Below, one piece after another: positions 13,460 to 25,764 of a stretch of 64,000 nucleotides of DNA. The position numbers and the translations under genes are program-made. The first letter of the stretch is position 1, and each line of letters opens with the position of its first letter. The DNA lies in contig NW_027251843.1 in assembly GCF_044704955.1 (NCBI RefSeq), forward strand, positions 496,001-560,000. Direction: 5' to 3'. The notes beneath the pieces were generated by a model. That model saw only the letters and a list, made by a program, of their open reading frames with translations. It was not told the origin of the DNA and made no database searches. Source of the DNA: Pristiophorus japonicus (taxonomy: Eukaryota).

Positions 13460-13735
13460 CATAGCCCTGTGGTGACCAGAACTATACGCAGTACTCTAGC
13501 TGTGGCCTAATTAGTGATTTATACAGTTCAAGCATAACTTCCATGCTCTTATATTCTATGCCTCGGCTAATAAAGGCAAGTATTCCGTATGCCTTTTTAA
13601 CCACCTTATCGACCTGGCCTGCTACCTTCAGGGATCTGTGGACATGCACTCCAAGGTCCCTCCATTCCTCCACCCCTCTCAGTACCCTCCCATTTATTGT
13701 GTATTCCCTTGCCTTGTTGCCCCTCCCCAAATGCA
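13460..13735 (-). mobile_element. CR1 ORF2 fragment
   Basis: RDLGVHVHRSLK..RPQLEYCV translation on the minus strand. Confidence 0.8.
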
Positions 13736-14036
13736 TTAGAACAAGGCTGCAGTTAGAGCAGCCTTTCCATCCTCTGACAGCGCTCACTGAGTCTGACTCA
13801 TGGCATCGATCAGCTGGACATTGATCTGGAAACACCAGTCCCCTGGTGAGGGGATCAAGGCTCTGGTGCGACTGATAAAAGTCAAGATGAGGTTGCGGAG
13901 AGGTACACAGCTGCTGCTGGACACAATGAACAGGAGGAGGCCATCCAGCCCCTCGAGCCTGTTCCCCCATTCAATCCGATCACGGCTCATCTGTATCTGA
14001 ACTCCATCTACCCGCCTTGGTTCCACAAGTTCCAAG

Positions 14037-14277
14037 GCCTATACTCTCTAGAGTTCAGAAGAATGAGAGGGCATCCCATTGAAACATACACAATTCTGAC
14101 AGGGCTTGACAGGGTAGATGCAGGGAGGATGTTTCCTCTGGCTGGGGAGTCTAGAACCAGGGGTCACAGTCTCAGAATAAGAGGTCGGCCATTTAGGACT
14201 GAGATGAGGAGAAACCTCTTCACTCAGAGGGTGGTGAATCTCTGGAATTCTCTTCCCCAGAGGACTGTGGAGTCTCA
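14037..14277 (+). mobile_element. CR1 3' fragment (continues at 19284-19445 after the Harbinger insertion)
   Basis: RTRGHSLRI..QRVVNLWNSLP; sequence resumes exactly at TCAGTCTTTGAGTATATTCAAG. Confidence 0.85.
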
Positions 14278-14806
14278 GGGGTCAAGTTTCAGGCCGCGCC
14301 TAGAACAGCGCAGCCCTGACATGGATGCCCGTTTTTCGTGCCGAAAAGCACGACAAAAATGTTCCTTGCAATTCTCGGGCTCCCTGCAGGTCCCTCGCAG
14401 CTCGGTGCGGCGCGCAGACATCAGCAGGGGGCGGAGCCACAGAGTCGCGCCAATTCTGCAAGTGCAGGGGGGCGGGGCTAAATCAAATGAGAGAACGTCC
14501 TGCCGACAGCCCTGCGCCGTGCGCGTTGGAGCACGCGCGCCCGCGCAGTAGCCCATAAACATTGGCACTCGGCCATTTTAAAGGAACTTGAAGAAATGTG
14601 CTGATTTGTCTCGTGGACCTCTGGAAAGGCTTGGGATTGAATTTTGATGTCTGAAAGAGTGTTTTTAGCAGCACTGTTGAAGAAACCACCTGCTGAAATC
14701 AGTGAGTGCTGCTTTTCACCGCTAAACTTCCAGAACAGGTGCTACATAGGTGCATGCAAAATAAGGACTGTGTTTTGAAAAGTAAGAGTTTCAATTCAAT
14801 ACAGCA

Positions 14807-16795
14807 ATGGAACAACGTCCACCAAGAACAAAGAATTTCTTGCATGAGGAAGTGGAGATATTCATTAACGTCATTGAGCAAAGATGGCAGGAGCTCGATA
14901 CCAGCAACAGAGGTCACATAAAAGTGCCACCGAAAGAAATGAAGAAACGCTGGAACCAAGTTGCAGAAGATTACTGCGCAGTGGTGCATACCATGAGATC
15001 TGGAAGCCAGTGTAAAAAGAAATGACACGACCTTGGTCAAGTAGTTAGTGTAAGTAATATTTTCATTTTTTAAAGTAATCGTAATTGTAATGTGACTATC
15101 TGTATGTCCCGCCCTGCAGAAAGACGCACTTTGTAAAAAGTTATGTTTAACTCTTTGCAGAAGAAAGTGGCCCACAACAAAAGGGAAGCAACTCGAACAG
15201 GAGGAGGCACGCCCAATCTGCAGCAACTGACACCCTTGGAACGGAGGGTAGCTGCCATGATGAGTCGTACATGGAGAAAAGCATTCAGTACAGCACAAGC
15301 TGGGCCCACACGTGAGGAAGAGGGTAAGTCCTGAAAATGCATCGTGGCCCTTCAAATCAACCTGCTGCCTGGCCTGCTATATGTGAGAGTACTCATGCCC
15401 CATCCTGCCTCCTCCCTTGCTGTTTAACATTTGACTGTTCTGATATATTTTGCAGAACATGATGATGATGATGATGATGCCAACCCTGAGGATCCTGAAG
15501 ATACAGAACAAGAACCAGTACAACCAGATGCGGACGATCCAGACTGGATGCTGGCGGCGATGACTGAAATGTCGACAGGGGAGAACTTCCAAATTAATGT
15601 TTATGAGCCCCCATTAATGGGCATCTGAGTTTCAACCCCTTGCATAGGTTCTGGTTCCACCTTCCATGGTTTTGATTCCGACGTTGCGGGTCCCAGTGGT
15701 GCTGGTGATATCATGGAGCAGTTTACACCCATTCACCCACCATCCCAGCCCACGGCTCGCACACGAGTGCTGCCGCCTGGAACACAGAGAGTCCCACTGT
15801 CCCAGCCCATGCCTCTAACTTTAGTACTGACGTCTGGAACACCAAGCGTCCCACCGTCCCAGTCCACGCCTCTCTCTCTAGTATTGCCATCTGCAACACA
15901 GAGCATCCCACCGTCCCAGCCTGCACCTCTCTCTCTCGTACTGCCATCTGGAACACTGAGCGTCTCACCGTCCCAGCCTGCACCTCTCTCTCTCGTACTG
16001 CCATCTGGAACACTGAGCGCCTCACCGTCCCAGCCCGCACCTCTCTCTCTAGTACTGCCATCTGGAACACCGAGCGCCTCACCGTCCCAGCCCGCACCTC
16101 TCTCTCTAGTACTGCCGTCTGGAACACCGAGCGCCTCACCGTCCCAGCCCGCACCTCTCTCTCTAGTACTGCCGTCTGGAACACCGAGCGCCTCACCGTC
16201 CCAGCCCGCACCTCTCTATCTAGTACTGCCATCTGGAACACCGAGCGCCTCACCGTCCCAGCCCGCACCTCTCTCTCTAGTACTGCCGTCTGGAACACAG
16301 AGCGCCTCTCCGTCCCAGCCCGCACCTCTCTATCTAGTACTGCCGTCTGGAACACCGAGCGCCTCACCGTCCCAGCCCGCGCCTCTCACTCTAGTACTGC
16401 CGTCTGGAACACAGGGCGTCCCACCGTCCCAGCCCACGCCTTCCTGTGTAGTGGTGCCGCGAGGCAGGCCCAAGCAGAGGAGAAGGAGATTGGAGACACG
16501 CTCTCCTGAGATGCTGCATGCAACAGATGCGGTTCAGGTTGTGGCATTGGGTATGAAGACCAATGAGCTTACCCGATCACTCATCGGTAGCGTCAGTGCA
16601 GTGGGTGAAGAGGTGACGGTCCTGACGGGAGAAACAGCAGTAATGACACGGGAACTTAGGGAGGGAATGTCCGAGGGAGTGCTATCGACGGCACAGGCTG
16701 TCAGAGAGGGCATGCAAGTGAAGGCACAGGCCCTCATGGAGGTAGCTGCTGCAATAAGGGCACACAGCCCCGCCAATCAAATGACACTTCCATGA
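14807..16795 (+). pseudogene. Harbinger Myb/SANT-like DNA-binding gene, 3 exons (14807-15049, 15161-15323, 15456-16795), two in-frame stops
   Basis: RTKNFLHEEVEIF..KRWNQVA..QCKKK* trihelix pattern; GT-AG introns; TGA at 15023 and 15626. Confidence 0.8.
15735..16445 (+). repeat. 57-bp coding tandem repeat ([19 protein letters not shown]) x ~12-13
   Basis: CCGTCCCAGC recurs every 57 bp. Confidence 0.95.
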
Positions 16796-17304
16796 AGAAA
16801 TGAACGTTCACTGAGATGTGGATGAGAGATGGTTACAGCCGTTCTTTGCTGCTTTTGTTCTTGTTCTTGATGTAGTTGTAGCAGTGTTTTTCACTTGAAA
16901 TTGTTTTGTAACTTTTGTAACTTTACAACTTATAAGTGATCTTCGGGTTTTTAAGTGATCTTATAGTGTAAATGCTCGCACTTTTTGTAACTTATTTAAT
17001 TTTGCACCTAAAAAGTGATCTTGAAGTTTAAGTGATCTTAAGAATGTAAGATTTTTTACGTTGAAATTGTTTTGTAACTTTACAAGTTTATAAGTGATCT
17101 TAAAAGTTTTTTTAGTGATCTTAAGAGTAATATTAAAAAGAAAATGTTTGATACAACAAATATTTTATTACAGTGACGTTAACTTTTCAATAAAATATGT
17201 TTTCATTAAAACTGAATCATGTTCCGTTAACACAACACAACATAGGAACAACTCCAAAGAATAAACATGTCCATGTGCAACAGTTGTCGCAGAGCCCTCA
17301 GGCA

Positions 17305-18515
17305 TCAGTAATTGAAGCGTTCACGGATGAGCTGGTGGTGCAGGGCTCGAGCAATTGTTAAAGGAGCACGATGGACGGCCCTCCTCCGACCTCGTGCTCC
17401 GGCATCAGGCACTTGCATGCTTTCCTGATCATCGTCATCATCCTCATCCTGCTCTTCCAAATTACTATCATCAGGCACTGGCCCCTCATGTGGATCTTCT
17501 GGTTCCACTACCAGCTCCTGCTGCCTCATGATGGCTAAGTTATGGAGCATGCAGCACACAACAGTGAAGTGACCGACAATCTGAGGAGAGTATTGCAAGT
17601 GGCCTCCGGAATGGTCTAGGCATCGGAAACGCTGTTTCAATATGCCAATGGTCCTCTCAATGATGCTGCGCGTCGCAATGTGCGCCATGTTGTATTGATG
17701 GTCAGCTTCCATCCGTGTCACGTGTAGGGGCGTCATGAGTCAGGTGGCCAGGCCGTACACTTTGTCTCCCAGTAGCCAGCTCTGCCCTTCTGGCTGCTGC
17801 CCAAACATGTCAGATATAATGCTGTTGCGTAGGATGAAGGCATCATCTGTGCTGTCAGGGTATCTCGCATCGACTGACATGATGCGCTGCTTGTCATCAC
17901 ACATGAGCGGTACATTGATGAAAACCTTTTCTATTCCTGTGCTGCTCAGAATCCTCCACAGGTTCTCACAAGGCGATGTGGGTACAATCAATGCAGCCCT
18001 GTACCTTTGGGAAGCCAGCAATCCTGAAGAAGCCCACAGCCCTCATGGATCGCTTGTGCGGTCATTGGGAAATTGATGAAGTCATTCCTCTGTGCATACA
18101 GTGCAGCCGTGACCTGGAAAACGCAGGCATGTATTGCACGTTGAGAGATGGTGCACACATCTCCAGTTGTAGCCTGAAACGATCCTGAGGCATAGAAGGC
18201 AAGTGCAGCTGCTCCCTTCACTTCAACAGACAAGGCAGTTGGTGTTCTGCTTCTGGGCTGCAAATCTGCTCTCAGCATATCACAGATCTCAACAACAACT
18301 TCTCTGTGGAAACGCAGCCTTTTGACACAATCAGCCTCGCTCATGTCCAGGTCTGAGCGCTTGGCTCGATGTTGCCGATGCGGGTAAGATCTCCTGCCCA
18401 TCAGCCTACGGGCTATGACGTTCCTGGTGCGGTGAGCTCTAATCAATTCTCTCCTATACTGTGAATTGCTGGCAAACCATTGCATAATCCGTGGTGTTGA
18501 CAATGCAGCACCCAT
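17305..18515 (-). pseudogene. Harbinger (HARBI1-like DDE) transposase, frameshifted
   Basis: RLRFHREVV, ALAFYASGSFQ, WLLGDKVY, IIERTIGILKQRFRCLD and CCMLHN motifs. Confidence 0.9.
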
Positions 18516-19649
18516 TCTGCAATTACAAATTTAAGTTTCAAACTGGCTAGCTGGCTGCCTCTCCCTCCCGGTGCTTTACACGCCTACCCTGTCCCCTGAA
18601 CGAATAGCCTCAGTTACCCTCGCAGCTCGAAGGCTGCTTCCTGTGTCTTCCGCTGCCGTCAGCCACTGCCGCCTCCCCTATCCTGTGGCCGAATGGCCTC
18701 AGTTACCCTCGCAGCTCAAAGGCTGCTTGCTGTGTCTTCGGCTGCCATTGAGTCACTGAGGCCGCCCCTGTCTCCAACATGGAAGGAAGGCCTGCCTGAA
18801 GCACCGCAGCTCGAAGGTTGCTGCTACTTCACACAGGTAGGAATATTCAATATTTTGTATTTGCTTTGTTTATAATTTTTTATTCAGGATGGCTATTTAT
18901 TTGTATAAGGACTGTTGAATGCTTGTAGAATTTAATTACTTCCCCCCTCCCCCCGCCTCCCCTCCCCTCTCGTTTCCTAAGCCTGTTTTGTAACCTACGC
19001 CTGATTTCTAAAGTGTAGACAAGGTTTTTCTGAGCGTACAAAAATCTACAATTGCTCCATTCTAAGTTAGTTTGGAGCAAGTTTTCGCTGCCGAAACTTT
19101 CAAAACAGTCGTAAGTGGCCGGACACGCCCCCTTTTTAAAAAAGAATTCTGTTCCAAAATGAAACTGTTCTAACTCACTGGAACTGGAGCAAATTAAATG
19201 TCGAGAATTGCAATTTCTAAGATACTCCATTTTAAACCAGTTGCTCCCGAAAAAAGGAACAACTCGAGCGGAAAGTTGACCTCTCAGTCTTTGAGTATAT
19301 TCAAGACGGAGATCGATAGATTTTTGGATATTAAGGGAATTGAAGGATATGGGGACAGTGCCAGAAAGTGGAGTTGAGGTAGAAGATCAGCCATGATCTC
19401 ATTGAATGGCGGAGCAGGCTCGAGGGGCCGAATGGCCTACTCTGGCTCGGGAGGGGCAGAGGCAATGGGAGGGGAGAGGAGGGGCATGTGAGGTAGGGGG
19501 GCAGGGAGGTGGGGAGGGAGTGGGGGCTGAGTTTGGATCGGGGGGAGGGAGGCTGAGGGATGTGGTGTGAGGAGGGCGGGAGTGAGGGAGGGAGGTGGGG
19601 GAGCGGCTCGAGGTGGGGGTGGGGATAATGGCTCAGTGGGGGGAAGGTA

Positions 19650-20080
19650 GAGACTGACATCGGCTTCCAGTTCAGCAACGCCTCAATTTTTAAAATTCTC
19701 ATCTTTGTTTTCAAATCTCTCCAAGACCTCACCCCTCCCTATCTCTGTAATCTCCTCCAGCCCCACAACCCCCCGAGATGTCTGCACTCCTCCAATTCTG
19801 CCCTCCTGAGCATCCCTGATTATAATCGCTCAACCATTGGTGGCCGTGCCTTCTGTTGCCGAGACCCCAAGCTCTGGAACTCTCTCCCTAAACCTCTCCG
19901 CCTCTCTAACTCTCTTTCCTCCTTCAAGACGATCCTTAAAATATACCTCTTTGGTCACCTACACTAATTTCTTCTTATGTGACTCGGTATCAAATTTTGT
20001 ATCTCATAATACTCCTGGGAAGTGCCTTGGGACGTTTCACTACGTTAAAGGCGCTATATAAATACAAGTTGTTGTTGTTG
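19650..20080 (+). mobile_element. L2-like LINE 3' end
   Basis: GGRAF/LWNSLP-type remnant ending GGCGCTATATAAATACAAG(TTG)n; related minus-strand pieces at ~1196-1310 and 1740-2020. Confidence 0.6.
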
Positions 20081-20149
20081 AATTGAGGCAAAATCTGGTA
20101 TTCTGGATGTCGCCGCTCCTTTTAACACTCTCTCCAAAGCACGCACAGC

Positions 20150-22810
20150 AAATGTAACGCCCCTATTTCAAAAAGGAGGCAGACAGAAAGCAGGAAACGA
20201 TAGACCAGTTCGCCTAACATTTGTGGTTGGGAAAATGCTGGAGTCCATTATTAAGGAGCAGTAGCAGGACATTTGGAAAAGCATAGTTCAATCAAGCAGA
20301 GTCAGCACGGTTTTATGAAAGGGAAATCATGATTGACAAATTTTCTGGAATTCTTTGAGGATGTAACGAGCAGGGTGGATAAAGGGGAAGTAGTGGATGT
20401 TGTGTATTTGGATTGCCAGAAGGCATTCGATAAGGTACCACATAAAAGGCACAAGATAAAAGTTCATGGGGTTGGGGGTAATATAGAATTGGCTAACTAA
20501 CAGAAAACAGGGAGTTGGGATAAATGGGTCATTTTTCCATTGGAAACGGTAACTAGTGGAGTGCCGCATGGATCAGTGCTGGGCCTCATTGATTTACTAT
20601 CTACATTAATGACTTAGATGAAGGGACCAAGTGTAATGTAGCTAAGTTTGCTGGTGATACAAAGAAGGACATTGTAATATCCAACAAACACTATCACACA
20701 TTACACCACACAAATTAAAAAGTAAAGGAGGAAATTGAGGATGGCCCCTCCAAAATGGGATTTGGTATTCAATATTCAGATTCTCCTCTGGGTTTGAATC
20801 ATGTCTCATGCACTAGCCATTGTATAGTTGGTTATAGTGGTGTAACTATTTATCTTATCCTGTAAGTTGAAAAAGAATACAAAGGAAGGGAATCTTGAAG
20901 GGTTGTTAAGATGAACCAAAGCCAAAGTGTTTGTATATAAAACTGAAGTCAGATCAAGGCCGAATATTTTTGTTGTAAAAGTGTGGTTTGTCGGGAAAAA
21001 GTACTGTTTTTTGATGTAAAAAAAGAAAGTAATCTGGAGTTTTTGACTGAGACTGCAATACACTCAAAAAGAGCTCATGAAAAAAGAAGTACTCCACAAG
21101 TAATGTCTCTAGTTTATTTTTACGAAACATTAAAGGAGGGAGTGTAAGGTTACTAATCTTCAGAAAAGCACAGAAGGAGACCATGAGCCAAAGATTAATA
21201 CAAGGTTTTGGAATTTAATATCAGCTTTTGGAATGAAGCTGGACAATTAAGGGCATTCTTGGTCAGGGACCAAAACTGACTTCATGCATAACAAGAATGG
21301 AGTTGTTTCGTGAGGCCCTGAACTTGATTGACCAGGGTGGGGAAAACAAGCTCGCTGGAGACACCAAGTCTGTAAAAAGACTGGACAACAAAGGAACCAC
21401 ACTAGGTGCACATTTTTTGGGACGAGGTGTTAAGATGAGAAAGCAACTTGAGCGTTGCAGACTCAGTGTGCAAATGGGAAAACAGATGAGTCCATTATTG
21501 CAGTCAATCAACCAAGGGGACCACAATAAAATATATCTATGTAAACACTTTATCAGAACCCGCAGTGGCGGGAGATCAGTCATAATCTGGATATAAATAT
21601 GTGAGCTAGAAGCAGCTCTGCAGAAGATGGATGAAGGACAGGAACAGATGGAAGAAGAAGCACACAGAAGAAGTAGAAGGATACGTGTACAGATGGACAC
21701 AGGTCGAAAGAACGAACAGACGAATGGACGGAAGGACGTGGTATAAACGGAGGGAACAGCAATGCAGAGAATGGCCAGAAGAAGAAACAACAGGGCACAG
21801 AACCAACGACCACGAACCTACAATAGATACAGCCAGGGAGGGTGATTGTATGTCTTCAGTCGATTTTTAAGAATCAGAGTAGATTGAAAAACAATCACAT
21901 TATAATGTGTGGGAAAGCAAATTGTGAGGAGGACACAAATAGTCTGTAAAGGGATATAGACCAGCTAAGTGAATGGGCAAAAATTTGGCAGGTGGAGTAT
22001 AATGTGGGCAAATGTGAGGTTTTCCACATTGGCAGAAAGAATCGAAAAGCAAATTCATTTTCAAATGGAGAAAGATTGCAACCTGCTGCAGTACAGAGGG
22101 ACCTTGTGCATGAAACACAAAAAGTTAGTATGTGGGTAAAGCAATAATCAGGAAGGCAAATGGAATGTTGGCCTTTATTGCAAGGGGAATAGAGTATAAA
22201 AGCAGAGAAATCCTGCTACAACTGTACAGGGTATTGGTGAGGCCACACCTGGAGTACTGCGTACAGTTTTGGTCACCATACTTAAGAAAGGATAGACCTG
22301 CATTGGTGACAGTTCAGAGAAGGTTCACTCGGTTGATTCTGAAGAAGAGGGGGTTGACTTATGAGGATAGGTTGAGTAGGTTAGGCCTATAATCATTGGA
22401 GTTCAGAAGAACGAGAGGTGATTTTATCGAAAGACATCAGATAATGAGGGGGCAACAAGGTGGATGCACTGAGGATATTTCCACTCAGAAGGGAAACTAG
22501 TACTAGGGGTCATAGTCTCAGAATAAGGGGCCGTCCATTTAAAATTCAGTTGAGGAGGAATTTCTTCTCTCAGAGGCTTGTAAATCTGTGGAATTCTCTG
22601 CCCCAGAGAGCTGTGGAGGCTGGGTCATTGAATATATTGAAGGTCGAGATAGATTTTTGAGCGATAAGGGAATAAAGGGTTATGGGGAGCAGGCAAGGAA
22701 GTGGAGCTGAGTCCATGATCAGATCAGCCATGATCTTATTAAATGGCGGAGCAGGCTCGAGGGCCCAGGTGCCCGACTCCTGCTCCAATTTCTTATGTTC
22801 TTAACTCTTA
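20150..22810 (+). mobile_element. Decayed CR1 ORF2 fragment interrupted at ~20668-21898
   Basis: RT motifs up to ...GATACAAAG (20664) resume at ~21900. Confidence 0.8.
20668..21898 (+). mobile_element. Putative ERV-like fragment: decayed env-type TM tail, PPT (21132-21142), LTR start TGTAAG at 21143
   Basis: Hydrophobic-then-basic remnant frame WV*IMSHALAIV*LVIVV*LFILSCKLKK; AAAGGAGGGAG|TGTAAGG; TATAAA at ~21592. Confidence 0.4.
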
Positions 22811-23134
22811 ATACCCTTACCCAACAGGGCACTGATGGTGCCGGAGAACCAGCCTGAGCCTCAGATCCTGAACTGCCCACTGCAACACTGGACTGAGAAA
22901 CAGAGGGAGCAGAGTGTGTGCAGAGAGGTGACTGGCTGGTCCCTTGGTCCCGGAGCCCCCTCCCAGTCCTCCCCCACCCTAGTCTCCCCGGATGCCCTGT
23001 CCTTCCAGGGAACCCCGCCGCTGCCGATTGCGTTGGACCCCCCGTTCTACAAAAGGTCAGGCCCCGATCACCGCACCTCCCCACTCCCCTACCAACCCTC
23101 CACCACCCCCCCAGGAGCTGGAGCTCACACACAC

Positions 23135-23299
23135 ACCCCTACAGATGGTGCTGGGTAACGGTAACAGTCACACACACACACACACACACACACCTGCAGG
23201 TGGTGCTGGGGAACAGTCACACACACACACCCGCAGGCGGTGCTGGGTAACAGTCACACACACACACACACACACCTACAGGCGGTGCTGGGTAACAGT

Positions 23300-23330
<31 letters not shown>

Positions 23331-23545
23331 GCAGGCGCTGCTGGGTAACATTCACACACACCCCTACAGGCGGTGCTGGGTAACAGTCACACACACCCCT
23401 ACATGCGGTGTTGGGTAACATTCACACACACACACACCCACAGGTGGTGCTGGGAAACATTCACACACACACACACCTCCAGATGGTGCTGGGTGACAGT
23501 CACACACACACACACACACACCACACCTACAGGTGGTGCTGGGTA
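23135..23545. repeat. Compound minisatellite CCT(A/G)CAGG(T/C)GGTGCTGGGTAACAGT(CA)n, ~10 units
   Basis: Visible directly; contains several CAGGTG/CACCTG/CAGATG E-boxes. Confidence 0.85.
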
Positions 23546-24052
23546 AGCCACACTAACACTCAGGGACATGTACACGGTGATACACTGACTGCTCCTCTCC
23601 CGAAGCTGAGGCCTCACTCGGTACAGTTTTGTGCTGCTGCCACGAGCCACACGTTAAGGAGAGAGAATGCAACGTTGTGACTGTGGCCTCCTGCCACCAG
23701 ATTGCCCCCAGCAGTCAGCACAGAGTGCACAGTGCGATCCCACCATCGGGGGCTGTCCCAACACCCCCAGTTTGCAGAGTGAGAGCCAATGCTCAGACTG
23801 GGAGGGTTTAATCCCAGCAGCTTTTAGTGTCTCTGTGTTTAATCTTGTGCACTCCAGAGGTTCGAGCTAAAATTGATCGTTTTAAAATGATTGATAATTG
23901 GATTTGAATCAAATCTCCTGCTGATGTGCCATTGATTGACAGCTCACCCAGCCAATCAGGACAGACCCTTACTGAAATGCAGCCAATCCAGCTGAGGGGG
24001 AGGTGGGACATTTCTAAAGCACTCGTCAAACACAGACTGAATATTCTTCACG

Positions 24053-24153
24053 TTTATTGCCTTTTACAGATTCACATTTACAGAAACAAGACTTGAATAA
24101 ACAGCCCAGCGAGAGCGAGCTGGAGACATTCACAGGGAGAATGCAGCTTTATT
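24053..24153 (-). terminator. Candidate polyadenylation signals of the light-chain transcript (AATAAA at 24148-24153 and 24053-24058)
   Basis: TTTATT on the + strand 430-530 bp downstream of the C stop. Confidence 0.6.
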
Positions 24154-24583
24154 AAAACAGTTGTGTGGATTTTCTCCACACCGTGAGAATCCTGTCCCTT
24201 TAAACGAGGACAAAACCTTGAATTGTAACAGCAGGGTGAGCAGGGAGGGGGTCTGCTTACTGAAGCGGCACTTCGCAGTTTAACATTAGTTTTACTCTGC
24301 TGACAGTCTTCAGCATCTTCGAGAGGTTTTACTTGGCAGCACGAGTCAACACTGTCCCATCAAACCCTCCCAGGGCAGGTACAGCACGGGTTAGATACAG
24401 AGTAAAGCTCCCCTGACACTGCCCCAATAATGTGCCTTACCCCCTGACCCTCAGATGCTTTCCCTGACCCAGTCCCGAGAAGGAAGAGAGTAGAAATGCA
24501 GTGCTGACAATGACCTTTGTCCTCCCGGCTCACCCCCTGTTCTATTTAAAGTTGCGTCTCCCCCGCGGACTGTCCCTGACACA

Positions 24584-24912
24584 CTACGCACATTCTGCTC
24601 TCCTGACGCCCTTGCTGAGGGGAGAGGAGAGGCTCTCATGGGTGAGGCTGCAGGAGAATCTGGCGTTGGACTCCCAGTCGGAGCCAGAGAGGGTCAGCAG
24701 GCTGCTGACACTGTAGGTGTTGTCCGAAGCTCGCAGGTAGTCGCTGGTCTGGACCCCGGCCGAAATGGTCGCCCCGTCCTTCTTCCACTCCACCTCCACC
24801 GCATCGGGGTAGAAGTGATCAGCGAGGCACACCAGGGTGGCAGTGCCCTTGGTCGTGACCTCCTCCGGGGAGGGGGGCAGCAGGGTCAGCGTGGGTGGTG
24901 TCTTCCCTCGGC
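24584..24912 (-). CDS. IGKC: Ig light-chain constant exon, kappa (shark NS4/type III-like)
   Basis: TTTCAG acceptor; (S)RGKTPPTLTLLPPSPEEVTTKGTATLVCLADHFYP..W..YSVSSLLTLSGSDWESNARFSCSLTH..AECA*; C1-set Cys/Trp and penultimate Cys. Confidence 0.95.
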
Positions 24913-25144
24913 CTGAAAGGGAGGAGAAGGATGTTTAATAGGTGTATATTAGTGTGTGTGTGTGTGTGTGTGTGTCACTGTGGGGATAATTCACATCTGA
25001 TAACGGAGAGTTGGGTTAATGAACTCCTGGCTAGCGATTAACCATTGGAGGCGAGCAACACTAATTCTTAATCTTCTTTGCCTCTCTTGATAAGCTTAAT
25101 ATAAATATAAATGCGTTCGATGTTAAGGTGATTTAAAAAAAAAC

Positions 25145-25510
25145 TTGCATTTATATTACACCTTTCACAACCACCGGACATCTCAAAGCACTTTACAGCC
25201 AATGAAGTACTTTTGGAGTGTAGTCACTGTTGTAATGTGAGAAACACGGCAGCCAATCTGTGCACAGCAAGCTCCCACAAACAGCGAAGTGATAACGACC
25301 TGATAATCTGTTCTTTTGTCATGTTGGTTGAGGGATAAATATTGACCAGGACACGAGGAGAACTCCCCTGCTCTTTGAAATAATGGCATGTGATCTTTTA
25401 CATCCAGCTGAGAGGGCAGACGGGGCCTTGGTTTAATGTTTCATCTGAAAAACGACACCTCCGACAGTGCGGCACTCCCTCAGCACTACACTGGACTGTC
25501 AGCTTAGATT
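25145..25510 (-). mobile_element. DeuSINE/SacSINE1-like SINE
   Basis: Same core as 2450-3355; further copies at ~26180-26370 (-), 30265-30550 (+) and 31660-31860 (-). Confidence 0.7.
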
Positions 25511-25764
25511 GCATTTAAAAGCTTGCTGCCCAGCACCGGGGTGAGGTCAAGGGTGAGGCTACAAGGAGTCTCAGTGTACCGGGGTCAGGCAGGGGTCACT
25601 GCTCCCAATGATCCTGTGACCTCCTGGAAGGTCAGAGTGCGCGGACAATGGGTGAGGGTCAGGATCAGGGCCCTCCCACTTCAATGAAAGAAAGCCTTGA
25701 ATTTATATAGCACCTTTCACAACCTCAGGATGCCCCAAGGTGCTTTACAACCAATTGCACACAG

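Larger units (their letters stand above)
14278..19283. mobile_element. Full-length PIF/Harbinger DNA transposon (decayed)
   Basis: TIRs GGGGTCAAGTTTC / GAAAGTTGACCTC, 3-bp TSD TCA (14275-14277, 19284-19286), convergent Myb/SANT gene and DDE transposase. Confidence 0.92.

Noticed and set aside
15713-16795. 360-aa mucin-like host gene
   Set aside because: It lies between Harbinger TIRs and is exon 3 of the element's Myb gene.
19450-19650. G-rich tract as a switch-like region
   Set aside because: It is short low-complexity DNA between LINE fragments, outside the transcription unit, and light chains do not class-switch.
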